A DNA stretch of 56,380 nucleotides from the NCBI GenBank assembly GCA_033764315.1, contig JANRJA010000226.1, forward strand, positions 1-56,380. Reading direction: 5' to 3'. The notes under the pieces are model-generated. The model saw only the letters and a program-made list of their open reading frames with translations. It ran no database searches and had not been told where the DNA came from. The stretch comes from Oculatellaceae cyanobacterium bins.114 (GTDB lineage: Bacteria; Cyanobacteriota; Cyanobacteriia; Elainellales; Elainellaceae). Below, in pieces: positions 9,904-21,503 of the stretch. How positions within the stretch are numbered: the first letter of the stretch is position 1; each line of letters starts with the position of its first letter. The translations under genes and the position numbers were made by a program.

Positions 9904-11694
9904 ATGACTCTGCCGATTCGCAATGTCGCCATCATTGCCCACGTTGACCATGGCAAGACAACACTGGTTGATGCTTTGCTGAGACAGTCTGGTACATTCC
10001 GAGAAGGCGAAGAAGTTCCAGATTGCGTCATGGATTCCAACACGTTAGAGCGTGAGCGGGGAATCACAATTCTGTCTAAAAATACCGCTGTTCGCTACAA
10101 AGAAACCTTAATCAATATCGTTGACACTCCCGGACACGCCGACTTCGGCGGTGAAGTGGAGCGGGTGTTGGGTATGGTTGACGGGTGCATTCTGATCGTG
10201 GATGCCAATGAAGGCCCGATGCCACAAACCCGATTTGTGTTGAAGAAAGCCTTGGAAAAGGGCTTGCGTCCCATTGTGGTGGTCAACAAGATTGACCGTC
10301 CTCAGGCTGATCCCTACGGGGCGATCGACAAGGTGTTAGATCTGTTCCTTGAACTGGGTGCAGACGATGACCAGTGCGAGTTTCCCTATCTCTTTGCGTC
10401 TGGCTTATCGGGCTATGCCAAAGATACTCTCGAAGATGAGTCTGTCGATATGGCTCCATTATTTGAAGCTATTTTGCGGCATGTTCCACCTCCAGTGGGT
10501 GACCCATCCAAGCCATTACAATTACAAGTCACCACGTTGGATTATTCCGATTACTTGGGTCGCATTGTGATCGGCAAGATTCACAATGGGGTGATTCAAA
10601 TGGGGCAGCAAGCGGCTCTCGTGAAAGAAGATGGATCCATCGTCAAATCCAAAATTACGAAGCTGATGGGGTTTGAGGGGTTAAAGCGCATCGATATGCC
10701 AGAAGCCTCTGCGGGCAATATCGTGGCGGTGTCTGGTTTTGCTGATGCCAACATTGGTGAGACAATTACCTGCCCTAACGAGCCAACGGCATTACCGCTG
10801 ATTAAAGTCGATGAGCCAACGCTGCAAATGACCTTTTCGGTTAATGACTCCCCCTTTGCAGGGCAAGAAGGCACCCACGTCACCTCACGGCAAATGCGCG
10901 ATCGCCTCTACCGTGAGCTAGAAACCAACGTGGCGTTGCGGATTGAAGAAACAGATTCCCCGGATAAATATTCCGTATCCGGTCGGGGTGAGTTGCACCT
11001 GGGTATCTTGATTGAAACGATGCGTCGTGAAGGCTACGAGTTTCAGGTGTCACAGCCACAGGTGATTTACCGCGAAGTCAATGGTCAGCCCTGCGAGCCA
11101 TTTGAGTTGCTGGTTCTTGATGTGCCCGAAGAAGCGGTCGGCGGTTGTATTGAACGCCTAGGACAGCGCAAAGGCGAAATGCAAGACATGCGGGTCGGTG
11201 GCAATGGTCGCACCCAGTTAGAGTTTGTCATCCCCGCACGAGGCTTGATTGGCTTCCGGGGTGACTTTATGCGTCTGACTCGTGGTGAAGGCATCATGAA
11301 CCACAGCTTTTTGGATTACCGCCCACTGTCGGGTGATATCGAAGCTCGTCGTAACGGAGTCTTGATTTCCTTTGAGGAAGGGGTTGCCACTTTCTATGCC
11401 ATGAAGAACGCCGAAGATCGAGGTGTGTTCTTTATCTCACCTGGAGTCAAAGTTTATAAGGGCATGATTGTGGGTGAGCACAACCGTCCCCAAGATCTAG
11501 AACTCAACGTTTGCAAGAGCAAGCAGTTAACCAACCACCGTGCCTCAGGAGGTGAGGAATTGGTGCAACTGCAAACTCCAGTGGATATGAGCCTAGAGCG
11601 GGCACTGGAGTACATTGGACCGGATGAACTCCTGGAAGTTACACCAGAATCAATTCGGCTTCGCAAGCTCTCTAAGAAACTGGTCAAACGCTAA
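9904..11694 (+). CDS. typA: Translational GTPase TypA/BipA
   Basis: [52 protein letters not shown]. Confidence 0.97.
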   Translation: MTLPIRNVAIIAHVDHGKTTLVDALLRQSGTFREGEEVPDCVMDSNTLERERGITILSKNTAVRYKETLINIVDTPGHADFGGEVERVLGMVDGCILIVDANEGPMPQTRFVLKKALEKGLRPIVVVNKIDRPQADPYGAIDKVLDLFLELGADDDQCEFPYLFASGLSGYAKDTLEDESVDMAPLFEAILRHVPPPVGDPSKPLQLQVTTLDYSDYLGRIVIGKIHNGVIQMGQQAALVKEDGSIVKSKITKLMGFEGLKRIDMPEASAGNIVAVSGFADANIGETITCPNEPTALPLIKVDEPTLQMTFSVNDSPFAGQEGTHVTSRQMRDRLYRELETNVALRIEETDSPDKYSVSGRGELHLGILIETMRREGYEFQVSQPQVIYREVNGQPCEPFELLVLDVPEEAVGGCIERLGQRKGEMQDMRVGGNGRTQLEFVIPARGLIGFRGDFMRLTRGEGIMNHSFLDYRPLSGDIEARRNGVLISFEEGVATFYAMKNAEDRGVFFISPGVKVYKGMIVGEHNRPQDLELNVCKSKQLTNHRASGGEELVQLQTPVDMSLERALEYIGPDELLEVTPESIRLRKLSKKLVKR

Positions 11695-11707
11695 ATTGCG
11701 ATTTCAT

Positions 11708-11736
11708 CTCCCCGGTTGCTTCAAGCAACCGGGGAG
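11708..11736. terminator. Hairpin between convergent genes (AGATCCCCGG-family derivative)
   Basis: CTCCCCGGTTGCT-TCA-AGCAACCGGGGAG. Confidence 0.65.
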
Positions 11737-11752
11737 CTAGAGTTTTAGAGGG

Positions 11753-12712
11753 TTAACAACTAGCAGTTTGTAGACCAGTTGGCAGTTCCAACGTATCGCC
11801 AATGCGATCGCCATTGTGATAAGCCGCCAATAAGACGTCACTTGTTTTGCCCCAAGCGATCGCTCCTGTTGCATCAATACCGATCGCGCCAAAATCACGG
11901 TTGTGCTGGTGCGCCTCCAAAAACGATCGCGTAAATGCCTCTATCAGAGGCAACCCGTCGGTGACGCGCACGACAACACGAGCGGCTAGACACTCATCAA
12001 TAATGTCTTCCCCAATGCCTGTGCAACTGACGGCAGCGTGAGCAGTGGCATAGTTCCCCGCTGGCATAGCAGAGTCGCTGACTCGACCAATTCGCTCAAA
12101 CCCTTTGCCACCCGTAGAGGTGCCCGCCGCTAAGCGACCTTGGCTGTCTAACGCAACGACCCCAATCGTGCCGCGTCCGGCTTCCGTCACCAGTTCTTTT
12201 TCAGCCACCACGCCAGCCATCTCTTTAGAAAAGTTGCCCTGACGTTCTAAAATCCATTCTTGCAACCGAAGTTCCGTCAGGGGATCGTAGGCTGGAATTT
12301 GCAATTCGCGCAGCAGTTCCGCCGAGCCGTGATCTGACAAAATGCGATCGTCTGAGTCTTGTAAAAACTGGGCTAAGTTAATCGGGTTTTTGACCCGTGA
12401 CACGTTGATCACGCCGCTAAACCGTTGAGCTACTCCATTCATCAAGGCGGCACTCATGCGGATCTGCCCGTCTGACTGCAACACAGAACCCGTTCCGGCA
12501 TTAAACCGGGGATCATCTTCTAGCAATTGGCATCCCCGCACAACCGCAGACTCAGCACTCGCTCCTGTCAGTAATAATGCATAAACATCATGGATGACGG
12601 CATAGAGCGATTGGCGAACGACCTCAGCACCTCCTTTGCCTTTGAGAGAGCTTCCGGCTCCGCCATGAATAATCAGTTTGGGTTGAGATTGACCCGTTGG
12701 CATATGTAACAA
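11753..12712 (-). CDS. Isoaspartyl peptidase/L-asparaginase (Ntn hydrolase)
   Basis: IIHGGAG, LEDDPRFNAGTGS, GTIGVVA nucleophile Thr, TSTGG, GRVSDS, SCTGIGE. Confidence 0.92.
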   Translation of the reverse strand: MLHMPTGQSQPKLIIHGGAGSSLKGKGGAEVVRQSLYAVIHDVYALLLTGASAESAVVRGCQLLEDDPRFNAGTGSVLQSDGQIRMSAALMNGVAQRFSGVINVSRVKNPINLAQFLQDSDDRILSDHGSAELLRELQIPAYDPLTELRLQEWILERQGNFSKEMAGVVAEKELVTEAGRGTIGVVALDSQGRLAAGTSTGGKGFERIGRVSDSAMPAGNYATAHAAVSCTGIGEDIIDECLAARVVVRVTDGLPLIEAFTRSFLEAHQHNRDFGAIGIDATGAIAWGKTSDVLLAAYHNGDRIGDTLELPTGLQTASC

Positions 12713-12845
12713 ATGTCCTGAGCACTAATAGTTGATGAGTAAGTTGCCGAATGGCAAAAGCAACGGCGATCGCTACCTTAAAAAAACTGACTATTGTTTA
12801 AATCAATCAGGTTTAGAGGCTAACGATTGGTAAGGCAGCATTGAC

Positions 12846-13010
12846 CTACTCAGAGTCTGCCTTCGCTGTAGAGCGGCGACGACGGCATCGCTCTGAGCAA
12901 TATTTCACCTCATCCCAACAATCTTCCCATTTTTTACGCCAGCTAAAAGGTCGCTGGCATACCAGACACACTTTAGTTGGCAAATCAGATTTAGAACGAG
13001 CACGCGCCAT
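12846..13010 (-). CDS. Small Zn-binding protein, DUF2256 family
   Basis: Not in ORF track. Manual translation [54 protein letters not shown] (54 aa). Confidence 0.88.
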   Translation of the reverse strand: MARARSKSDLPTKVCLVCQRPFSWRKKWEDCWDEVKYCSERCRRRRSTAKADSE

Positions 13011-13145
13011 AAATTTAGAAGATGTAGGCTGAGTAAGCTAATCTAAACCTACCATTCTGCAATAAGTCATGGTGTGTATGTCATATTTTTGGAGAATATG
13101 GCGTAGTCCGTCGTCGCTTCACAAAAACTTGTTTAGGAACGGGTC

Positions 13146-13979
13146 ATGGCAGAGACAGGGTTAAGCCAGGTGCAAATCGTGCTGGTAGAACCAGCCGGAC
13201 CGCTCAATGTCGGGTCAATCGCTCGTGTGATGAAAAATATGGGGTTGCAGCGGTTGGTGCTGGTCAATCCACAGTGTGATCCATTAGGGGTGGAGGCGCG
13301 TCAAATGGCGGTGCACGCGGCGGATGTGTTGGAGTCAGCGACCCAGGTAGCCACGTTGCCAGAGGCACTGGTAGGGTGTCAACGGGCGATCGCCACTACA
13401 GGACGCGATCGCACGACCCTAGACGTGACGCTAGAACCTCCACGAGTCGCCTTACCCTGGTTGCTGACTCCCACCACTGAGGCTAGAAGTGATGCAGCAA
13501 CGGCTGCTCTGATCTTTGGGCGAGAAGACCGAGGGCTAACAAACGAAGAGCTAAATTATGCTCAACGCTTTATCCGAATTCCCAGTAGTGTTGAGTATGT
13601 GTCGCTCAATTTGGCACAAGCGGTTGCCATTTGTTGTTATGAACTCTTTTGTTATATCCAGGCGGACTCAATGAGTTTGGGGCAACCCCAACGTTTGCTA
13701 ACAGACCGCTCAATGGCCGCGATCGCCCCTACCTTGATCCCTGACTTGGCTCCACTCGACCACCTAGAAGGCTATTACCAACAGTTAGAAGCATTGTTGC
13801 TCAAAATTGGCTATCTCTATCCCCACACCGCCATGAGCCGCATGGAAAAATTTCGTCGCTTGTTTAATCGAGCCTCTCTTTCAACGGCAGAAGTTGCTAT
13901 GTTGCGGGGTATTTTAAGCCAGGTTGAATGGGCACTTAACCAAAATGACTTATCGGAGACGCTCAATTCCCTCGACTGA
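13146..13979 (+). CDS. SPOUT RNA methyltransferase, TrmJ/TrmH group 1
   Basis: LVEPAGPLNVGSIARVMKNMG, FGREDRGLTNEEL, SLNLAQAV. Confidence 0.92.
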   Translation: MAETGLSQVQIVLVEPAGPLNVGSIARVMKNMGLQRLVLVNPQCDPLGVEARQMAVHAADVLESATQVATLPEALVGCQRAIATTGRDRTTLDVTLEPPRVALPWLLTPTTEARSDAATAALIFGREDRGLTNEELNYAQRFIRIPSSVEYVSLNLAQAVAICCYELFCYIQADSMSLGQPQRLLTDRSMAAIAPTLIPDLAPLDHLEGYYQQLEALLLKIGYLYPHTAMSRMEKFRRLFNRASLSTAEVAMLRGILSQVEWALNQNDLSETLNSLD

Positions 13980-14030
13980 CTTTGAGATAAATAGGTTACT
14001 TTTAGAACGTTTACCGCTACAATTCACCCA

Positions 14031-14066
14031 ATTCATCCCTGTAAATTCATCCCTGTGAATTCATCA
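14031..14066. repeat. 14-bp tandem repeat x2.5
   Basis: ATTCATCCCTGTAA ATTCATCCCTGTGA ATTCATCA. Confidence 0.6.
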
Positions 14067-14242
14067 GATCTCTGGTATGAATCGATATTAAGACATCTGT
14101 AGAGACGTCGATTTATGGTGTCCTTTCTCTAAAATTACACTTTAATAAAAATTTATAGACCTTTTATTAAGACTGGGTTTTTCACTCGTGTTGATTGAGA
14201 AGGTTGCCCAGCTTCTGCCCGTCGCCTTGGAGAAATAGCCCT

Positions 14243-16078
14243 ATGCTTGAGTCTAACAAGCCATCAAAATTCATGCGACGACGGTTGGTTCGTCAAAAGT
14301 CTACTGCTCGTCCCGTCCCACCTACACCGATGCGATCGCCAGAGGGTCGGCACCTGTTGCCCCCTCCGGGTAATGGACTAGACATGAGACAGCCCGGATA
14401 TCCTGCTCAGCCTCCTCTGCCCTTAAACCCGGCTCAAAAACGCATATCTCGGCAAAATAGACACAATCCTTCCGTTCCCGAAGATAATAATCGCTTCAAT
14501 CTCCGACATCTATTAAATGATCGCCCCGATCCTAATGGTCGATCCTCTCGCAGGGGAAACGGCTCTGCATCACAGCAACGGCGCAAAGACGGTAAGACTT
14601 CGACTCGTTCTCGAACGGATGCGCCGCCAGGGTCGCAAATCTCTTATCCGATCTCGCCAAATCGCTCAGGGACAGGTTTACAGCCTTACTCTGGGGCTGC
14701 CCCTGGGGTATTACGCAAACCCTCTCGGTCTAAATTAGCAAATATTAATCGCTCAGGAAATATTGCTTCAACGGGGTCAGTCCGGGTGCTCAATCCCCAT
14801 CCGGTGGTTCCTCTGGCTCCCGGCGGGTTACGCCGACCCCAACGGCGATCGCGTCGCAATCCTTCTGTCTTGTTATATGTGACTCGGTTGTTAATTTTAG
14901 GAATCGGGGTGGGGGCGATCGCTGGCACAATTCTATCCGTTTGGAATCCTGCCAGCCGTGAACGCCCTGACTCACAACCAGTGGCTGGTTCACCCCTAAA
15001 TAGCGCGGAAAATATCTCTAATCCTGGTATGAGCCGAGATTTGACACCAGGAGCCATTTCTCCCTTGCCTGTCGCACTCAAACTCAACCAGCCAATTGCC
15101 CCACTAGCCACTACAGTGCAATCTCTGACGGCTCAATATCCAGGCTTAAGCCCTGGAGTGTTTTTGGTGGATTTAGATACAGGGGCTTACCTTGACCTCA
15201 ATGGCGGCAGCATTTTTTCGGCTGCCAGCACGATTAAAGTGCCCATTCTAGTTGCGTTTCTGCAAGATGTAGACGCAGGCAAAATTCGGCTAGATGAAAT
15301 GTTGACAATGCAGCAGGCAGATGTCACGTCTGGGTCGGGTGAGCTGCAAGACCAGCCCGTAGGGAGTCAATACACTGCTCTGGATGTCGCCATAAAAATG
15401 ATCACCATTAGCGACAACACAGCCACCAACATGCTGATTACTCGCTTGGGGGGGGCAGAGGCACTCAATCAACGATTCCGCACTTGGGGCTTGACTAGTA
15501 CTCAGATTCGTAGACCCCTTGCCGATCTGGAAGGCAGGAACACCACTAGCCCTAAAGATTTGACTGGGTTACTGGCACTCGTTAGTCAGGGAGATTTATT
15601 GTCGTTGCGATCGCGCGATCGGATGTTTGATATCATGCAAGGCACCCAGGCAAACTCCCTGCTGCCAAGTGCGTTAGAGCCAGGTGCCACCATTGCTCAT
15701 AAAACAGGCACGATTGACACAATGGTGGGAGATACTGGCATTGTTGATATGCCCAACGGCAAACGCTTTATCATTACTGTGGTTGTGCAACGTCCAGTTG
15801 ATGATGAACGGGCCTCCGATTTGATTCGCCAAATTTCTCGAGAAGTTTATCAATACTTTAATAACGCCCAAAATCCTCAAGTTGGTAGCCCTCTGCCTAC
15901 GCAGGTATCACTACCTAGTTCAGAAGCAACCCCAACTCGGGTACCCTCAGAAAGCTACTCATATCCACCTGACGCTTCTCTACCGGTGCCCAATCAATCT
16001 CCAAATTCTCCTCTACCATTCAGTAGTCCGTATCCCAATACGGGCATCCCAACCTCTCCTGTGAGGGGAAGCCAGTAG
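14243..16078 (+). CDS. Class A beta-lactamase-like serine hydrolase (cyanobacterial PBP-A-like), membrane anchored
   Basis: SxxK (AASTIK), SDN and HKTG motifs. One TM helix. Long basic Pro-rich N-terminus and Pro/Ser-rich tail. Confidence 0.85.
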   Translation: MLESNKPSKFMRRRLVRQKSTARPVPPTPMRSPEGRHLLPPPGNGLDMRQPGYPAQPPLPLNPAQKRISRQNRHNPSVPEDNNRFNLRHLLNDRPDPNGRSSRRGNGSASQQRRKDGKTSTRSRTDAPPGSQISYPISPNRSGTGLQPYSGAAPGVLRKPSRSKLANINRSGNIASTGSVRVLNPHPVVPLAPGGLRRPQRRSRRNPSVLLYVTRLLILGIGVGAIAGTILSVWNPASRERPDSQPVAGSPLNSAENISNPGMSRDLTPGAISPLPVALKLNQPIAPLATTVQSLTAQYPGLSPGVFLVDLDTGAYLDLNGGSIFSAASTIKVPILVAFLQDVDAGKIRLDEMLTMQQADVTSGSGELQDQPVGSQYTALDVAIKMITISDNTATNMLITRLGGAEALNQRFRTWGLTSTQIRRPLADLEGRNTTSPKDLTGLLALVSQGDLLSLRSRDRMFDIMQGTQANSLLPSALEPGATIAHKTGTIDTMVGDTGIVDMPNGKRFIITVVVQRPVDDERASDLIRQISREVYQYFNNAQNPQVGSPLPTQVSLPSSEATPTRVPSESYSYPPDASLPVPNQSPNSPLPFSSPYPNTGIPTSPVRGSQ

Positions 16079-16310
16079 CAGATATTGCCTTGCTTCACAT
16101 AAAAAACCCTGACGATGGCAATAGTGGTTGTATAAACAAAATGGATGAGCAAAGCCGGGGCAATCAAGTTCGACCCCTCAGTGTCTGGCAGGCTAAAACC
16201 AATGTGGATGCTAACCTAGTGTTTAGCCCAAATTGGTTTCCTGTCTTAGTGGTCAATGGCGTACAGACATGTCTCTCTGATTGGGCGTGTCTCTGCCATA
16301 AGGAGGTTTT

Positions 16311-17420
16311 ATGAGTTCTTCTCAGAGCCAGTCTCCCCAGCCGCCCAAGTCGGCTTCGTCTCCAACTCCATCCGATACTCAGGCAATCACGCCTGAACCT
16401 TTGCCTCAAAAAGAAACTTCTATGGATCAGCTCTCAGCCTCAACACTCGCCATGGATTCTTCCGCTGCTACGCCTGATGAAATATCCGATCTGACCGTTG
16501 ATGCCCCTGATACGACCGAAATAGATGACAGTAGTGACTCAGATGCGATCATGCGTCAACAGCCGATTCCCCCGGCTAGTGAGCCGATGCAGTATCGGGC
16601 GATCGGATTAATTCGAGGAAAATATACTGCCTCAGACGAACAGTTCACTCGCGGCACATTGATCACTGAAGATGGAGTCGCCGTGGATGCCGTGTTGTTA
16701 GGGCGAGTCATGAGCTTAGTGAAAAAGCATCTCGACCTAGAACAGAGTCATCTTTGGGTGGTTTATCCTCGCACTCGCAATAAAGACAACGATTTACATG
16801 CCCAAATCGTTGGAGTGTGGGAACCTGAGAAACTGAACAAACCCATTGTCTCGTCTACAGAAACGGCTCTTGAGACAGAGGGTGAAGTGGAGCCACTTGA
16901 GAGTGCAAGCAATCCTGAAAGTGAAAGTAATGCCTCAGATCCTCAGGAAGACTACTTCTCGATTCGGGGTGAGGTGTTATTTTACTCCGTTGAAGAAGAA
17001 AGGTTGATTGTTAAGATTCAGCAATCTCCGCGCAAAGGAGATGAAGAAGGTAAATCATTTAAGCTCAACCTTAAAGGCACTCTAGATGGCAAGGTGGTTG
17101 GCTACTTCTGGGATTTGAATGTCCAACGTCAAGACAACCTGCTAGTTGTCCTAGAGGGCACTATGATTGCGCTTGTGCCGCCTAAAAAACGGGGCAAAAC
17201 TGCCAAGAAGCCGTTTCGAGGAGGTAGACCCGGTCCAGGCGGTCGTAAGCGTTGGGATGGGCCTCCACGGGATGGACAACGACCCCCATCGGGTGAGCGT
17301 CGGGGTGATCGCCCCGGAGGAGATCGCCCCGGTGATCGGTCTAATGTGGGAGCACCCCCGGTTCGCCGTGAAGCGTTGCCTAAACCCATTAAAAAGAAAA
17401 CTCAGTCTAATCCAGACTAA
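16311..17420 (+). CDS. Hypothetical protein
   Basis: SD AAGGAGG. Core PIPPASEPMQYRAIGLIRGKY..LWVVYPRT..YFSIRGEV, with disordered acidic N-terminus and basic C-terminus. Confidence 0.8.
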   Translation: MSSSQSQSPQPPKSASSPTPSDTQAITPEPLPQKETSMDQLSASTLAMDSSAATPDEISDLTVDAPDTTEIDDSSDSDAIMRQQPIPPASEPMQYRAIGLIRGKYTASDEQFTRGTLITEDGVAVDAVLLGRVMSLVKKHLDLEQSHLWVVYPRTRNKDNDLHAQIVGVWEPEKLNKPIVSSTETALETEGEVEPLESASNPESESNASDPQEDYFSIRGEVLFYSVEEERLIVKIQQSPRKGDEEGKSFKLNLKGTLDGKVVGYFWDLNVQRQDNLLVVLEGTMIALVPPKKRGKTAKKPFRGGRPGPGGRKRWDGPPRDGQRPPSGERRGDRPGGDRPGDRSNVGAPPVRREALPKPIKKKTQSNPD

Positions 17421-18634
17421 TCTAGGCTAATCTGCGCCCCCCATCGGTCTTGTGATAAAAAGGCTCGATCGTTTGGAATCGGAGCAATCGGCTCGGTTAG
17501 GGTGAAATCACCATTGCTAATCCATTGCTTCAATTCTGCTGCGATCTGACGTGAGAGAAAAATGCTCGCGAGGGGGGCTACTCGCACCGATTTGCCATCG
17601 ATGGTGATGCGTCCCGTTTTAAGCTGAGCGTAGCTGATTAACCCGAATGTAGGGCGTACTCGACGGGGAATGGAGAAATCAACCACGGGAGCCACTAACT
17701 CTGTATCTTGAACGGAGCAGTGCTTGATCACGTCTTCATTGAGGACGGGTAGGGGAACTCCAACTCCCAACATAATCGATGGTCCATAGCTCTTAAAGTG
17801 ACAGCCCTTGACCCACTGGGGAGTCATTTGTTTAGCATCCCCAATCAGTGCCAGGGTTGCCGCAGGTCCAATGGGGGTTCGGTTGGGTAGCCGTTTTTGT
17901 AAAGGAAAGTGTTGGGTTCCTTCCCAGGCGATGTATCCAACGCCTCCTCCTAGAAAGATGCGGGTGCCGATGCCGACCACTTGCAAATCGGGATCGTTCC
18001 ACAGGGGGGAAATGGCTCCAGGGTTGGAGTAAACGGCATTGCCCAATCGGGGTTGTAGAGGTCCCAAGTAGGTAAACAGAGGGCGATCGCCCCCATTGAC
18101 TCCAACGATAAAGTTTTGGTAAAGATTTCGAGGGTTAAACAAATAGAACTGATTGATCGTCTCGCGGGTAATGGTTGTCTCAAATGAAGCCCGAGGATAA
18201 CAATCAGTCACTTGCCCGATCGCTCTTAGCCGCACTGCTTTTCCAGCAATCAAATCAGCAATAATATGCCCGCCCCCGCGCTCTCTCGTGGGGTTACGCA
18301 GAGCAGATTCATCTGGGTCTGGTGCATCTCCTGCGGCTCCATATTCGGCTACCTGGGTCGCTCCTAAATACAAATCCACTGCCCCAAAACCAGAATAGGC
18401 AGGCACTCCATCGAGCCAACATTGACGGATTTTAATTGGGGGGTCAGTGTGTCCCAAGTTGATGATGGCTCCAGAGGATTCCATCGGCTCAAAGGTGCCT
18501 GTCGTAATCACATCGACCTGTTGAGCGGCTTGCGCTATGCCGATCTCTTGAACCTGAGCTTTTAACTCTTCAACTGTCCATACAACTGCACGGCGGGCTT
18601 GAATTTTTTCATTAATCTCTGCAATTGTTTTCAT
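17417..18634 (-). CDS. Homocysteine biosynthesis protein (DUF39, aspartate-semialdehyde sulfurtransferase-like)
   Basis: KTIAEINEKI, VDVITTGTF, GGGHIIADL, TDCYPR, NPRNLYQNF, GIGTRIFLGG. Confidence 0.85.
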   Translation of the reverse strand: MKTIAEINEKIQARRAVVWTVEELKAQVQEIGIAQAAQQVDVITTGTFEPMESSGAIINLGHTDPPIKIRQCWLDGVPAYSGFGAVDLYLGATQVAEYGAAGDAPDPDESALRNPTRERGGGHIIADLIAGKAVRLRAIGQVTDCYPRASFETTITRETINQFYLFNPRNLYQNFIVGVNGGDRPLFTYLGPLQPRLGNAVYSNPGAISPLWNDPDLQVVGIGTRIFLGGGVGYIAWEGTQHFPLQKRLPNRTPIGPAATLALIGDAKQMTPQWVKGCHFKSYGPSIMLGVGVPLPVLNEDVIKHCSVQDTELVAPVVDFSIPRRVRPTFGLISYAQLKTGRITIDGKSVRVAPLASIFLSRQIAAELKQWISNGDFTLTEPIAPIPNDRAFLSQDRWGAQISLD

Positions 18635-18757
18635 GGTCAGTGGTTAAACAGCGTCATCATTGATCATTGATTATGCGGTATTTAAGTTAAAAGGCAGGAA
18701 GCAGAGAGCAAGAGGCAAAAGAGATTGCAATCAAGGAAAATGAATGACAAGTTGAGT

Positions 18758-18862
18758 TATAAGAACTGTCAAGATAGTGGATACAAGGGGTTTGTGGAGC
18801 TTCACCCCCAGCCAGGGATTTCACCTTAGTACCCCGTCCTAACCAACTCTTCAGTTGCTATC
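18758..18862. repeat. Degenerate MITE with internal GGGGTG..CCCC-type hairpin cargo
   Basis: Ends TATAAGAACTG / CAGTTGCTAT. Interior is a reverse-complement relative of 26010-26057. Confidence 0.5.
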
Positions 18863-19005
18863 TTTCTCAAGAAGGTCAATGGGCAAGAGGCCTATGTTGA
18901 CCCAAAAAGCTGCCTTACTCTCATTACTGGGTAGTTTTATGCTTTAGCCCGATGCCCCTGCCTGCTTTATTCCCCACAGCTTCTTGCCTTCTATCTTCCA
19001 CGCCT

Positions 19006-19926
19006 ATGACAGTTATTGTATTTGGCAGCATCAATATGGATTTGGTGGCAAAGACACCCCGCCTGCCCTGTCCAGGAGAAACCCTAATGGGAGACAGTTT
19101 TATCACCATTCCAGGGGGCAAAGGAGCCAATCAAGCGGTGGCGATCGCTCGATTAGGGATATCCACAGAAATAGTAGGACGGGTTGGGGACGATCGCTTT
19201 GGGCAAGAATTATTGGCTAGCTTGCGAGCCTCAGGAGTCGGGTGCGATCGTGTTCTTCAAGACAGCACAACCCATTCTGGTGTGGCGATGATTGTCGTTG
19301 ATGCCGCCGCCGAAAATCAAATCCTGGTTATTTCAGGGGCTAACGGACAAGTCAACATCACTGATAGTCAGCGTCTAAATGATTTGCTCCCTGCGGCGAA
19401 TGCCCTTCTGCTCCAACTTGAAATCCCTCTTGTAGCAGTCCTGGAGGCGGCTCAAGCTGCTAAATCAGCAGGTGTTTTAGTGATCCTCGATCCGGCTCCT
19501 GTGCCGACGCACTGGCCTGATGAGTTATATTCTCTGATTGATATCTTGACCCCCAATCAGATTGAGGCAAGTCAACTGGTGGGGTTTGAGGTCAACACTT
19601 TTGAGCGAGCAGCCACAGCAGCAGAGGTGCTGCATCAACGAGGTGTATCAACGGTAATTGTCAAGTTGGGCAGTCAGGGAGCCTTGTGTAGCCCAATCGG
19701 TGAATCGCCTTTTCGGGTGCCTGCTTTTGCTGTGGAGGCGATCGATACCGTGGCGGCGGGTGATGCCTTTAATGGAGGACTCGCTGCTGCCCTAGCAGAA
19801 GGCTTGCCTTTGCAGCAAGCGACTCGGTGGGGAGCCGCCACTGCTGCATTATCAGTGATGAAAACCGGAGCACAATCTTCCATGCCGAGTCGCGCTGAAC
19901 TGGAAGCTTTTCTAGCAGAGCATTGA
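19006..19926 (+). CDS. rbsK: Ribokinase
   Basis: GSINMD, PGGKGANQA, LLQLEIP, TPNQIEA, DTVAAGDAFNG. Confidence 0.93.
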   Translation: MTVIVFGSINMDLVAKTPRLPCPGETLMGDSFITIPGGKGANQAVAIARLGISTEIVGRVGDDRFGQELLASLRASGVGCDRVLQDSTTHSGVAMIVVDAAAENQILVISGANGQVNITDSQRLNDLLPAANALLLQLEIPLVAVLEAAQAAKSAGVLVILDPAPVPTHWPDELYSLIDILTPNQIEASQLVGFEVNTFERAATAAEVLHQRGVSTVIVKLGSQGALCSPIGESPFRVPAFAVEAIDTVAAGDAFNGGLAAALAEGLPLQQATRWGAATAALSVMKTGAQSSMPSRAELEAFLAEH

Positions 19927-19984
19927 GGAGAGGTAGAGGGGTGAAAGATAGCAGAACTGATCCAACATTCAGCCCTATTATCGC

Positions 19985-21376
19985 TTACTCTAATTTCAAC
20001 GCCTTGCTCTCTGAGTCAGTTGCTGGTTTCATCCGCCAACCGGGTTTAACAACCTGACGCGATCGCGCAATAGCCAGGGCATCATTGGGCACATCCTCAG
20101 TGACGGTTGAGCCAGCCGCGATCGTGACATCAGAGCCAATCGTGATTGGAGCCACCAAAACGCTGTTAGAACCCGTTTTAGTGCGATCGCCAATAGTGGT
20201 GCGATGTTTCTTGACCCCGTCATAGTTGGCGGTGATAGTTCCTGCACCGATATTCACTTTCTCACCCAATGTGGCATCCCCGATGTAAGACAGATGCGCA
20301 ACATTCGTGCGATCGCCCACTGTAGAATTTTTCAACTCTACAAAATTTCCAATACGGCAACTATCTCCTACCTGCACCTGCCCTCTGAGGTGAGCATAAG
20401 GACCAATCCGAGCATTTGCCTGCACTACACTATCGCTAATCACGGAATACAACACGGTTGTATTTTCACCAATAGAACTATTTTCAATCAGGCTTCCAGG
20501 CCCAATGCGGCTCCCTGTTTGAACTGATGTCTTGCCCCGCAGGTGCGTTTGAGGCTCAATTACCACATCTGCTTGCAGTTGTACTGTGTCGTCAATAGTG
20601 ATGCTGTCTGGGTCAATCAACGTCACGCCTGCTTTCATCCAGTCTTCTTTAACGCGGGTTTGCAGAATATCGTAAGCAGCAGCTAGTTGTTTGCGATCAT
20701 TAATGCCCAAAATCTCTTCGTAATCCTCTACATCAACGGCCATAACCGGGTTGAGATAGTTCACCGCATCTGTTAAATAGTATTCCTTCTGATCATTACT
20801 AGAGGTCAGTTGAGGCAAAACTTGAGCCAAAAGAGACCACTGAAAACAATAGACTCCAGCGTTAATACGGCGATTTTGTTTTTGCGCTGGACTACAATCG
20901 CGATCCTCTACAATCTGGGTCACGATATTATTTCCATTACAAAAGACGCGGCCATACCCTTTTGCATCTGGCAAGTGAGCCGTCAAAATCGTTGCCGCAT
21001 TTTGTTCTTTTTGGTGGGTATGGAGTAAGAGCTCCAGGGTTTGTGGACGCAGTAGGGGCACATCTCCATTGAGCACCAGCAAATCACCCTCAAAGTCTTG
21101 CAAATAGGGAATAACCTGTTGAACGGCGTGACCTGTACCCAGTTGCTCTGTTTGCTCGACAAACTCTAACTCTGGATAGTGCGTTAGAGAGTCCTTCACC
21201 AACTCACCGCTGTATCCCACAATCACAAGTTGTCGGGTCGGGTTAATTTTAGAAAGGCTTTGCAGAACTCGCTCAACTAGCGATCGCCCACCTAACGAGT
21301 GCAGCACCTTTGGAAGGTGAGATTTCATGCGCGTTCCACGTCCAGCCGCCAAAATTGCTACCGCTACCATGCTCAC
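19985..21376 (-). CDS. glmU: Bifunctional UDP-GlcNAc pyrophosphorylase/acetyltransferase
   Basis: [24 protein letters not shown], hexapeptide repeats, [12 protein letters not shown]. Confidence 0.97.
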   Translation of the reverse strand: MSMVAVAILAAGRGTRMKSHLPKVLHSLGGRSLVERVLQSLSKINPTRQLVIVGYSGELVKDSLTHYPELEFVEQTEQLGTGHAVQQVIPYLQDFEGDLLVLNGDVPLLRPQTLELLLHTHQKEQNAATILTAHLPDAKGYGRVFCNGNNIVTQIVEDRDCSPAQKQNRRINAGVYCFQWSLLAQVLPQLTSSNDQKEYYLTDAVNYLNPVMAVDVEDYEEILGINDRKQLAAAYDILQTRVKEDWMKAGVTLIDPDSITIDDTVQLQADVVIEPQTHLRGKTSVQTGSRIGPGSLIENSSIGENTTVLYSVISDSVVQANARIGPYAHLRGQVQVGDSCRIGNFVELKNSTVGDRTNVAHLSYIGDATLGEKVNIGAGTITANYDGVKKHRTTIGDRTKTGSNSVLVAPITIGSDVTIAAGSTVTEDVPNDALAIARSRQVVKPGWRMKPATDSESKALKLE

Positions 21377-21503
21377 ATACTGCTCAATTCATCCCACGGA
21401 GTATACCCTAGCTTCTGGCTTGACGAGTAGCCTTTTCGCAGTAAACCTAACTGCTATTTCAAGATGGTTGATGGGCTAGGATGATGGGCTAAAAAGTCAT
21501 TTG

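Noticed and set aside
14243-16078. Antibiotic-resistance beta-lactamase
   Set aside because: Membrane anchored, and the omega-loop region (RRPLADLEG) appears to have Leu rather than the deacylating Glu, as in cyanobacterial PBP-A proteins.
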